DNA from: an uncultured Oscillospiraceae bacterium
Lineage (GTDB): Bacteria; Bacillota; Clostridia; Oscillospirales; Oscillospiraceae
Assembly (NCBI GenBank): GCA_964539115.1
Contig: CAZIHY010000003.1
Location: forward strand, 1-47,203
Length of the DNA stretch: 47,203 bases
Reading direction: 5' to 3'
In this document: positions 8,428 through 15,662 of the stretch, piece after piece
Layout of the letters: each line of letters starts with the position of its first letter
How positions within the stretch are numbered: the first letter of the stretch is position 1
Program-made: the position numbers and the translations under genes
Notes under the pieces: generated by a model
What the model saw: the letters and a program-made list of their open reading frames with translations, nothing else
Databases searched by the model: none
What the model was told of the DNA's origin: nothing

Positions 8428-9576
8428 TCAGTTGGTGAGAATGCTCATGTAGCCGATAGCGGGGCTGGACAGCGTGACAAGTCCGCCGCCGACCATCTGG
8501 GCCAGACCAACATGGCAGTTCGGCTGCTGACGCTCGCCGCACTCGCCGCGGAGCTGATGGGTGATCTCACAGACAACGCGGACGCCGGAAGCACCAAGAG
8601 GATGACCAAGGGACTGAAGTCCACCGGAGGGATTGACAGCGCAACGGCCACCGATCTCAGCTTCACCGTCACGTATGAATCTCTTAGTTTCGCCCTCGGG
8701 GCAGAGACGCATGACCTCATACATGTAGAGCTCTTCGGGGGAGAAGGCGTCGTGCAGCTCAACGACCTGGATCTGCTCGGGCGCGATACCAGACTTGGTG
8801 TAGACGTCATCGGCGAGCATGCGGATCAGGGGAGCCTCAAGGACGTCCTCATCCCACGCGGTGTACGGGCTGGACAGGAGGGAGGAAGCCTCGATCTTTA
8901 TGAGCTTGGTGGTGTACTGCATGGCGATTTCCTTAGTGCACATGATAACAGCGGCTGCGCCGTCAGACTGAGGGCAGCAGTGCAGAACAGTAACAGGGTC
9001 GGAAATCATCTTTGCGTTCATAACATCCTCAAAGGTGATAGCCTTACGGAAATGAGCATAAGGATTGGAAACAGCATTTCTGTGGTTCTTGATGGAAGCA
9101 TAGGCCAGATCCTCGAGGGTCATGTCACGTGCCTCCATAAGGCGTTTTGCATTCAAAGCTGCAAGACCGGGCATAGTGATACCCATAAGGCCGTCAATGT
9201 CGCCCTCTGCGGTCGGGATAAGGCCGCCGTTAAGCTTGGAACGGGTGAGGGAATCAACGCCGATTGCAATACCAATGTCCTTGTAGCCAAGGGCTATGTC
9301 TTTCCACAGGGAGTGGGCAGCGTCGCCGCCGGAAGCGCAGGCGTTCTCAATGTTGTGCATCTCGATAGCAGCAACACCGACATACTTCAGAATATCCTCG
9401 CACTGCTGGCTGGAACCTTCGCAGTGAGCGGCATAAGCGATCTCAAGCTTACGGGGATCGATGCCGGCGTCGTCGATAGCGGCGCGGACGGCGATTTCGC
9501 CAAGGCGGGAGGGATGGAGTTCAGGCTGTTTGGTGAACTTGGTCTGACCAACGCCAAGGATATATACGTCTCTCAT
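8428..9576 (-). CDS. Thiolase-family protein (SCP-x/archaeal-type acetyl-CoA C-acyltransferase-like)
   Basis: MRDVYILGVGQTKF N-terminus, active-site Cys context NIENACASGG, and C-terminal NPSGGLQSLGHPLGASG thiolase signature. Confidence 0.8.
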   Translation of the reverse strand: MRDVYILGVGQTKFTKQPELHPSRLGEIAVRAAIDDAGIDPRKLEIAYAAHCEGSSQQCEDILKYVGVAAIEMHNIENACASGGDAAHSLWKDIALGYKDIGIAIGVDSLTRSKLNGGLIPTAEGDIDGLMGITMPGLAALNAKRLMEARDMTLEDLAYASIKNHRNAVSNPYAHFRKAITFEDVMNAKMISDPVTVLHCCPQSDGAAAVIMCTKEIAMQYTTKLIKIEASSLLSSPYTAWDEDVLEAPLIRMLADDVYTKSGIAPEQIQVVELHDAFSPEELYMYEVMRLCPEGETKRFIRDGEAEIGGRCAVNPSGGLQSLGHPLGASGVRVVCEITHQLRGECGERQQPNCHVGLAQMVGGGLVTLSSPAIGYMSILTN

Positions 9577-9996
9577 TTATTTGTCCTCCTTAACGATATG
9601 GTACTTGGGGCCGATGACAATCTTGTCCTCGTCTTCCCAATAGGTTGCAAACTCCATCTTAGCAGTAGCGCCGACTTTATAGTCAGCCTCTTCCTCTATG
9701 AACAGAGGAGCGGTAACGCGAGCCTCGCTCTCGGGGATGCTGACCCAGCAGATGGGATGGGGCTTAGGGAAGTTGCCATAGGGAGGCTTGGTGCGGGTGA
9801 TTGTGTAGGAGTAGATCGTGCCGGTGTCGGCGAGTTCATACTCTTCCTGCTCTTCGCACAGGCACTTGGTGCAGAAACCGCTGGCGGGGTAGGACTTATG
9901 ACCACACTTCGGGCAAACGCTGCCGTAGAGGTAATAAGAACCGTCTTCTCTCTGCTTACAAATGTCGTCGGAGATAAAAACTTTGGGCTTAGACAT
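9577..9996 (-). CDS. DUF35 Zn-ribbon/OB-fold protein (thiolase partner)
   Basis: CPKCGHKSYPASGFCTKC zinc ribbon followed by an OB-fold-like C-terminal half. Its stop codon abuts the thiolase ATG. Confidence 0.7.
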   Translation of the reverse strand: MSKPKVFISDDICKQREDGSYYLYGSVCPKCGHKSYPASGFCTKCLCEEQEEYELADTGTIYSYTITRTKPPYGNFPKPHPICWVSIPESEARVTAPLFIEEEADYKVGATAKMEFATYWEDEDKIVIGPKYHIVKEDK

Positions 9997-10099
9997 GTCA
10001 TTTCCTCCAAATTAAATTTCAAGTAACTTTATTTATTCTAACACTTAAAGCACGGGTTGTACATTTCTATTTATGATAAATTTAATGCACTGTTTGCAC

Positions 10100-11716
10100 T
10101 CATTCGACTCTTTCCTGGCCATCGCGTCCGGTGAGATGCATGTACTCGTCGTAAGTCATGCTTCTGTCGATACAGCCGTCAGGCGTCAGCTCTATGATCC
10201 TGTTAGCAACGGTCTGAGTCAATTGATGGTCATGGCTGTAAAAGATGATATTATGTGCAAATGCACTCATGCCGTTATTCAGGGCCGCTATGCTTTCAAG
10301 GTCGAGGTGATTGGTAGGTTGATCGAACAGAAGGATGTTTGCGCTCTCGAGCATCATCTTGGATAACATACAGCGTACCTTTTCACCGCCGGAAAGGACC
10401 GAAACGTTTTTGTAAACCTCATCCCCGGAAAACAGCATACGTCCGAGGAAAGTCCTGAGATAGCTCTCGCGCTTGTCAGCAGAGAATTGGCGCATCCAGT
10501 CTATGAGGTTATATTCACAGCCGTCAAAATAGCTATTGTGATCCTTGGGGAAATAAGACTGTGTCGTCGACGCACCCCACTTTATAGTACCCTCGTCCGG
10601 CTCAAGCTCACCGACGAGCAGCTGGAACATCGTTGTAATGGCTATTTCGCTTTCACCGATGAGAGCGATTTTGTCATCTCGGCCCATGATGAAGCTGACA
10701 TCGTTTATGACCTTAATACCGTCGACTGTTTTGGATACATTGGTAACAAAAAGCCTGTCTTTTCCGGGTTCGCGCTCAGCTTTGAAGCCCACCCATGGAT
10801 ATCGGCGGGAAGAAGCTGGCATTTCCTCAACTGTTATTTTGTCGAGAAGCTTACGGCGGCTTGTTGCCTGGCGCGATTTGGATTTATTGGCGGAGAACCG
10901 CTGGATAAAATTCTGAAGCTCTTCGATTTTTTGAGCTGCTTTTTTGTTCTGATCACGGACAAGCTTTTGCACAAGTTGGCTGCTTTCATACCAGAAATCG
11001 TAGTTTCCGACATACATCTTTATCTTTCCGTAGTCTATATCGACGATATGTGTGCAGATGTTGTTCAGAAAATAGCGGTCATGTGATACGACAAGAACAG
11101 TTCCTTCATAATCCATAAGAAAGTCCTCGAGCCAGACAACCGATGCAAGATCCAGGTTGTTTGTCGGCTCGTCGAGCAGGATTATATCGGGCTGGCCGAA
11201 AAGCGCCTGGGCGAGCAATACTTTGACTTTTTGTCTGGGGTCCATGGACGACATGAGATTATAATGATACTCCGGTGTTATGCCAAGGCCCTGGAGTATT
11301 CGAGAGGCGTCAGATTCAGCCTCCCAGCCGCCTAACTCGGCATATTCCTCCTCAAGCTCAGCCGCACGGATACCATCTTCGTCGGAGAAATCCTCTTTCT
11401 CATAGATAGCATCCTTCTCCTTGCCGCATTCATAAAGACGCTGATTGCCCATTATGACGGTTTCAATTACGGGATAATCGTCATACATGCTCTGATTCTG
11501 CTTGAGAACAGACATACGGCACTTTGGATCGATGTAAACATGCCCGCCCGTAGGCTCAGTCTCTCCGGATAGGATCCTTAGAAAAGTGGATTTTCCGGCG
11601 CCATTTGCTCCTATGATACCGTAGCAGTTGCCGGTCGTAAATTGCAGATCAACCTGGCTGAAAAGAACCTGTCCGCCATACTGCAGCGAGAGATTATCAA
11701 CAGTTATCATTTTCAA
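10100..11716 (-). CDS. ABC-F family ATPase (two ABC domains, no TMD)
   Basis: Two Walker A motifs (GANGAGKST; IGESEIAITT is degenerate). Two signatures (MSSMDPRQKVKV is degenerate; LSGGEKVR). Two Walker B motifs (ILLDEP; LLFDQP). A charged interdomain linker QKLVRDQNKKAAQKIEELQNFIQRF. Confidence 0.8.
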   Translation of the reverse strand: MKMITVDNLSLQYGGQVLFSQVDLQFTTGNCYGIIGANGAGKSTFLRILSGETEPTGGHVYIDPKCRMSVLKQNQSMYDDYPVIETVIMGNQRLYECGKEKDAIYEKEDFSDEDGIRAAELEEEYAELGGWEAESDASRILQGLGITPEYHYNLMSSMDPRQKVKVLLAQALFGQPDIILLDEPTNNLDLASVVWLEDFLMDYEGTVLVVSHDRYFLNNICTHIVDIDYGKIKMYVGNYDFWYESSQLVQKLVRDQNKKAAQKIEELQNFIQRFSANKSKSRQATSRRKLLDKITVEEMPASSRRYPWVGFKAEREPGKDRLFVTNVSKTVDGIKVINDVSFIMGRDDKIALIGESEIAITTMFQLLVGELEPDEGTIKWGASTTQSYFPKDHNSYFDGCEYNLIDWMRQFSADKRESYLRTFLGRMLFSGDEVYKNVSVLSGGEKVRCMLSKMMLESANILLFDQPTNHLDLESIAALNNGMSAFAHNIIFYSHDHQLTQTVANRIIELTPDGCIDRSMTYDEYMHLTGRDGQERVE

Positions 11717-11828
11717 ACTCCAAATTCTTAGCGATGGAAAAAGTATAACATAATGTTGCAGATTATGCTATACTTGTTTTGCAACAATAATTTCGGATTA
11801 TCGTCTGCATAATAAAGGGGTTGATGAT

Positions 11829-12809
11829 TTGATACTTGCACTGGATTCTGTTACGCACCTTCTGGTAGACGCTGTCTGTGCGTCTACCATCTTCGGAAAG
11901 TTTTCCGGAGAGAATGTAGCTCTGCTGATAATAATGTATAATACTTTGGCGTTTTCCACGCAATGCGTCATAGGCCTTATAACTGACAGGGTGGGCCATC
12001 TGCGCATGGTGACGGCTCTTGGCTCGCTTCTTGTTGTTCTGGGCTTTGCACTTCCGCTGCCCCAGGAAGTGAGAGTTGCGCTCATAGGAATGGGAAACAG
12101 TCTGTTCCATGTTGGCGGCGGAACAAGAACGCTGCTGAATGCCGATAGGAAGGCAGGTCCTTTGGGCGTTTTTGTAGCGCCGGGCTGCATAGGTCTTGTA
12201 TTGGGAACGCTTTTTCCTCAGTTTGGTACCGTTTTTGCTGTGCTTCTTACAGTTTCGGCAGCACTTACATTTGCATTAAAAAATACTCAGGACAGAGTAC
12301 ATGATAATTCTGAAAAAGAGAAGGACAGCCCAGTAATCGTACTTATTCTCCTGACTCTAGCGGTTGCGGTACGAGCGATAGGCGGTACATGCGTGTCATT
12401 TCCCTGGAAAAGCGGTGCGGCGCTGTCCATAGTTATGACTGTATTCATCTTCGCGGGCAAGACATTGGGAGGTTTTGTCTGCGACCGTCTTGGAGCCTGG
12501 AAGACCGCGCTCATATCCATGCCTCTTGCCGGAATTTTTATAGCATTTTTCAGCTCATGGATGGTCCCCTCACTTTTGGGGCAGCTTCTGGTCAACCTGA
12601 CGATGCCGGTCACTCTGTTTCTTATGTACAGGGCGATTCCCGATTCTCCGGGCTTTGCCTTTGGTCTGGCTGCGTCGGCCCTGTGGCCGGGAACCATTGC
12701 GGGAAACCTGATCCAACTGACAGGTCTGTGGCAGTCTGCACTGATAATAGCATGCTTCGTATTCGGATTGTTTTCAATACTATATGCCAAGAGGAGGATC
12801 GAAAGATGA
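11829..12809 (+). CDS. MFS-like polytopic membrane protein
   Basis: About 10 hydrophobic segments. Two motif-A-like loops (GLITDRVGHLR and GGFVCDRLGAWK) fit the internal repeat of MFS transporters. TTG start after AAAGGGG; the start is uncertain. Confidence 0.5.
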   Translation: MILALDSVTHLLVDAVCASTIFGKFSGENVALLIIMYNTLAFSTQCVIGLITDRVGHLRMVTALGSLLVVLGFALPLPQEVRVALIGMGNSLFHVGGGTRTLLNADRKAGPLGVFVAPGCIGLVLGTLFPQFGTVFAVLLTVSAALTFALKNTQDRVHDNSEKEKDSPVIVLILLTLAVAVRAIGGTCVSFPWKSGAALSIVMTVFIFAGKTLGGFVCDRLGAWKTALISMPLAGIFIAFFSSWMVPSLLGQLLVNLTMPVTLFLMYRAIPDSPGFAFGLAASALWPGTIAGNLIQLTGLWQSALIIACFVFGLFSILYAKRRIER

Positions 12810-12994
12810 AAAAGATTTTAAGCAAGATCACTCTTTGTGTGGTCGTTTCTCTAATTTTGTGCTCCGCCGCCTTTGCGGACGTTGCAGCGGCGCCGATGTA
12901 TGCAGTCATTCTGGGCATTCCCGTGCTGATAATCGCGGTTTTGATTATACTTATCGCGGTTATCGTGCATGTAATAAAACGAAGCAAAAAATAA
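12806..12994 (+). CDS. Small (62 aa) membrane protein with signal peptide plus C-terminal TM
   Basis: ATG preceded by GAGGAGGA and overlapping the upstream stop. MKKILSKITLCVVVSLILCSAAFA signal-like N-terminus and a second hydrophobic helix ending in KRSKK. Confidence 0.45.
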   Translation: MKKILSKITLCVVVSLILCSAAFADVAAAPMYAVILGIPVLIIAVLIILIAVIVHVIKRSKK

Positions 12995-13324
12995 GTGGAA
13001 AGGATATTCATAGCCTGTCTGCTTACGATCTTGATCGAGACTGCATTTTTTCTGATTTTTGGATACCGGTCAAAAAGCTTTGTCATAGTTTGCATATGTG
13101 TAAACGCCGCGACAAATCTGTCTCTTAACCTTATTATCTGGATTCTTTACTGGCTCAATGTAAACCTTACAGTTGCTGTATATCCTCTGGAGCTGCTGGT
13201 TGTGGCTGTTGAGTATATTGTTTACAGTGCGCTGGAGGGTAGATCGGGAAAGCTGTTTTTGCTTACACTGTCGGCAAATTTGGTCTCTTACTGCGCAGGC
13301 CTTATTCTGTTTGGACACATTTAG
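12995..13324 (+). CDS. Small hydrophobic membrane protein, unknown function
   Basis: 109-aa ORF with about 4 TM segments. The GTG start directly abuts the previous stop. No recognisable motif. Confidence 0.4.
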   Translation: MERIFIACLLTILIETAFFLIFGYRSKSFVIVCICVNAATNLSLNLIIWILYWLNVNLTVAVYPLELLVVAVEYIVYSALEGRSGKLFLLTLSANLVSYCAGLILFGHI

Positions 13325-13342
13325 GTTATTGAGTCAAAGCTA

Positions 13343-13373
13343 TTGACATTCCACCATCTGGAAGGTGTATAGT
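13343..13373 (+). promoter_or_regulatory. MerR-type promoter: TTGACA, 19-bp spacer with dyad, TATAGT
   Basis: TTGACA 13343-13348 and TATAGT 13368-13373, with a spacer of exactly 19 nt. The spacer contains the dyad cATTCCA-ccatc-TGGAAgG (13347-13365). Confidence 0.5.
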
Positions 13374-13395
13374 TTTGACAAGGGGGAAATGAAAC

Positions 13396-14043
13396 ATGCG
13401 AATAAAGGATGTTGAAACTCTTGTCGGCATCACAAAAAAGAACATACGTTATTATGAACAAGAGGGGCTGCTGACGCCGGGGAGGAATTCTGAAAACAGT
13501 TACCGTGATTATGACGATGATGACGTTCATCGGCTAAAGCAAATAAAGCTTTTGCGAAAGCTGGGAATGCCTATCAGTGAAATAAGGGATGTTCTAGAAA
13601 AACGGATATCTTTTCCAGTCGCCGCGACCCGGCACACGGCGGCGCTAAGCGGTCAGATTAACAACCTGTCCAAAGCCCGTGTTGTTTGCGAAGAGATCGC
13701 GGACTGCAATATAAGCGTCGATACGCTGGATGTTGATGCATATCTCACACGTATGGATGAAATGGAGAGGGAAGGGACCGTTTTTGTAAACATAGGAAAT
13801 TCCGATGTAAAGAAAAAATATGCCGGTGCGATAAGCGCCGGAGTCGTGATCGTATTTCTTATGGTTGCCGCTGCCATATGGATGATATATCTGCATATGT
13901 CCGCGACGGCAAATGCAGCGCGGATTTTGTTTTCTGTTTTTAGCTGTGTGTTCATAATCGTCGCTATCGGCACGATAATTGCTCTGATGTCGCGCATAAA
14001 AGAGCTGAGGAAAGGTGAAACGGATGATCTTAGTAAATACTGA
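13396..14043 (+). CDS. MerR-family transcriptional regulator with C-terminal transmembrane helices
   Basis: N-terminal HTH MRIKDVETLVGITKKNIRYYEQEGLL and a coiled-coil segment. It ends in two hydrophobic helices (AGAISAGVVIVFLMVAAAIWMIYL; ILFSVFSCVFIIVAIGTIIALM). Confidence 0.8.
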   Translation: MRIKDVETLVGITKKNIRYYEQEGLLTPGRNSENSYRDYDDDDVHRLKQIKLLRKLGMPISEIRDVLEKRISFPVAATRHTAALSGQINNLSKARVVCEEIADCNISVDTLDVDAYLTRMDEMEREGTVFVNIGNSDVKKKYAGAISAGVVIVFLMVAAAIWMIYLHMSATANAARILFSVFSCVFIIVAIGTIIALMSRIKELRKGETDDLSKY

Positions 14044-14335
14044 TTATTTAGCCGGCAGACAGATCGAGATGTTGGGTCTTGTAAAGGGAGGCGCGGTTTT
14101 GTGCCGCAATGCCGGGCGCGATATCGGCAGCGCATTTAAGACGCTCATCGGCGGAGAACTGCAGGCATATACAGATATGATGAACGAAGCGAGAGCTTTG
14201 GCAACCAAGAGAATGGTGGAAGAGGCGGAGAAACTCAATGCCGATGCAATTGTGTGTATTCGTTATACCTCGGCGGAAGTAATGCAGGGTGCGGCTGAGG
14301 TAATGGCTTATGGTACCGCCGTAAGAATTTTATAA
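14024..14335 (+). CDS. YbjQ/UPF0145-family protein
   Basis: MILVNTDYLAGRQIEMLGLV...GGELQAYTDMMNEARALA...ADAIVCIRY...AYGTAV is the classic YbjQ pattern. It overlaps the merR 3' end. Confidence 0.8.
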   Translation: MILVNTDYLAGRQIEMLGLVKGGAVLCRNAGRDIGSAFKTLIGGELQAYTDMMNEARALATKRMVEEAEKLNADAIVCIRYTSAEVMQGAAEVMAYGTAVRIL

Positions 14336-14345
14336 GGAGATAAAA

Positions 14346-14579
14346 ATGGACGAATTCTATAATAACAACAATACGACCCGCTATAAATGCCCCAAATGCG
14401 GCAACACAAGCTTTGAAAGCGACCAGTTTCAGGCAACAGGCGGCAACTTTGCAAAGATATTTGATATCCAGAACAAACGTTTTGCAACGGTAACCTGTAC
14501 CAGATGCGGCTATACAGAACTGTATAAGCGGATGAGCGACACAGGTATGGATATAATCGACTTTCTGTTCGGCAACTGA
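14346..14579 (+). CDS. Zn-ribbon protein (DUF2082-like)
   Basis: CPKCGN...CTRCGY four-Cys ribbon, 77 aa, with AGGAGA RBS. Confidence 0.65.
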   Translation: MDEFYNNNNTTRYKCPKCGNTSFESDQFQATGGNFAKIFDIQNKRFATVTCTRCGYTELYKRMSDTGMDIIDFLFGN

Positions 14580-14590
14580 TCGGAAACTAT

Positions 14591-14627
14591 ATCATCCCCA
14601 TCAGAGATATTCTCTGATGGGGATGAT
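14591..14627. terminator. 17-bp perfect hairpin between convergent operons
   Basis: ATCATCCCCATCAGAGA-tat-TCTCTGATGGGGATGAT. It lies between the + operon end (14579) and the end of the 12-gene minus operon (14641). Confidence 0.65.
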
Positions 14628-14640
14628 TATTCTTTATGGT

Positions 14641-15654
14641 TCATTCAGATGGATTATAAAATTCGCAAACCTCTCTTGAGACCTCGGTGAACGTTGCTAT
14701 TGCCTCCGTGCTGTTGTTGATTTTTGTAGCAAGTATACAGAGAATATAGTCGCCGCCTGGGGTATAAATGATGGCAACGTCGTTTTCTGTATTGTCATGA
14801 TCGGGGGCATAGAGCTCTCCGGTTTTGTTTGCGGAACTGACACCTTCGAAGCCGATAAGCCCGGATGGGATTTTTGATATGCGCTCTTGCGCCTTCATCA
14901 TATTAAGAATGTCCTCAGAAGCCTGCTGGCTGACATAGGTGCCATTATATATCATCCTCAAAACCGCAGCACAGTCCGAGGCGGAGACCAGATTTTCATC
15001 GCCTTCGGCGAGAAACAATCTGTTGAGCACAGTCGAAGTACAGCCTATGCTTTGGATAAAAGCATTAACAGCCTCTTTTCCCGCACTCTCATCCCCATTT
15101 CCAAGTGTCCGTATCAAATTGTTTGCCGACTCATTATCGCTTGCAGATATCATGTTTTTCAACGAGATTTCAGTAAGCTCGTCTATTTTGTCCCCGCTTT
15201 TAAGTGCGTTGTCATAAATGGCTCCGGCAATAAAAAGCTTTATTACACTGGCTGACGTTACAGGTGATGCAGCGGTCAAACCGTTTGTTGAAACAGTAAT
15301 TTGGTCACCGCTGTCTAAATCCTCAACAAGAACTATCCAGTCGCTTGCATAGCCGGCGAATTTGCTGTCAAGGGAGATTTTAAGAGTGCTGAGATCAATA
15401 TTGCTGTTATCTTCCGGGAGGTCTGAAACGGGCTGCTCGATAGGCTCTGTTGTCTCAGGGGCAGAAGTAGCATATTCAGGACTCTGCATTGGACTTTCCG
15501 TTGGACTCTCTGTTTTTAATACAGGAGAGGGCAGTTCCGTTATTTCTGCTGTGTGATCAGAACTGCGTATCAGGTTGCCTACAAAGAAACCAAGGAAGAA
15601 CGCGGCCAGCAGAGACAGAATAAAAACAATAGTGAGAAATTGAGAATTCTTCAT
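14641..15654 (-). CDS. Membrane-anchored extracytoplasmic class-A beta-lactamase-fold serine hydrolase
   Basis: N-terminal TM and a P/T/E/S-rich stalk. Motifs S-V-I-K (SxxK), S-D-N and K-T-G are all present. The preferred start ATG 15654 is preceded by GAGGAA; the track start is 15675. Confidence 0.7.
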   Translation of the reverse strand: MKNSQFLTIVFILSLLAAFFLGFFVGNLIRSSDHTAEITELPSPVLKTESPTESPMQSPEYATSAPETTEPIEQPVSDLPEDNSNIDLSTLKISLDSKFAGYASDWIVLVEDLDSGDQITVSTNGLTAASPVTSASVIKLFIAGAIYDNALKSGDKIDELTEISLKNMISASDNESANNLIRTLGNGDESAGKEAVNAFIQSIGCTSTVLNRLFLAEGDENLVSASDCAAVLRMIYNGTYVSQQASEDILNMMKAQERISKIPSGLIGFEGVSSANKTGELYAPDHDNTENDVAIIYTPGGDYILCILATKINNSTEAIATFTEVSREVCEFYNPSE

Positions 15655-15662
15655 GGGATTCC

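Noticed and set aside
8512-10026. 504-aa ORF on the + strand, the longest ORF not called
   Set aside because: It is entirely antisense to the well-supported thiolase and DUF35 genes. Its translation is low-complexity Ala/Gly/Leu/Asp/Val-rich with no motif and no RBS. This is a typical shadow ORF of a codon-biased gene.
10100-11716. ABC-F protein considered as an ARE-type ribosome-protection antibiotic-resistance factor
   Set aside because: There is no long regulatory leader or attenuator upstream, and the linker length and size look like housekeeping YbiT/YfmM-type ABC-Fs. I cannot classify the subfamily without a phylogeny.
12389-12805. Upstream 139 codons of the 201-aa ORF 12389-12994
   Set aside because: This part overlaps the MFS-like gene in another frame and has no start context. 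Only the last 62 codons are kept (ATG 12806 with GAGGAGGA RBS, signal peptide plus TM).
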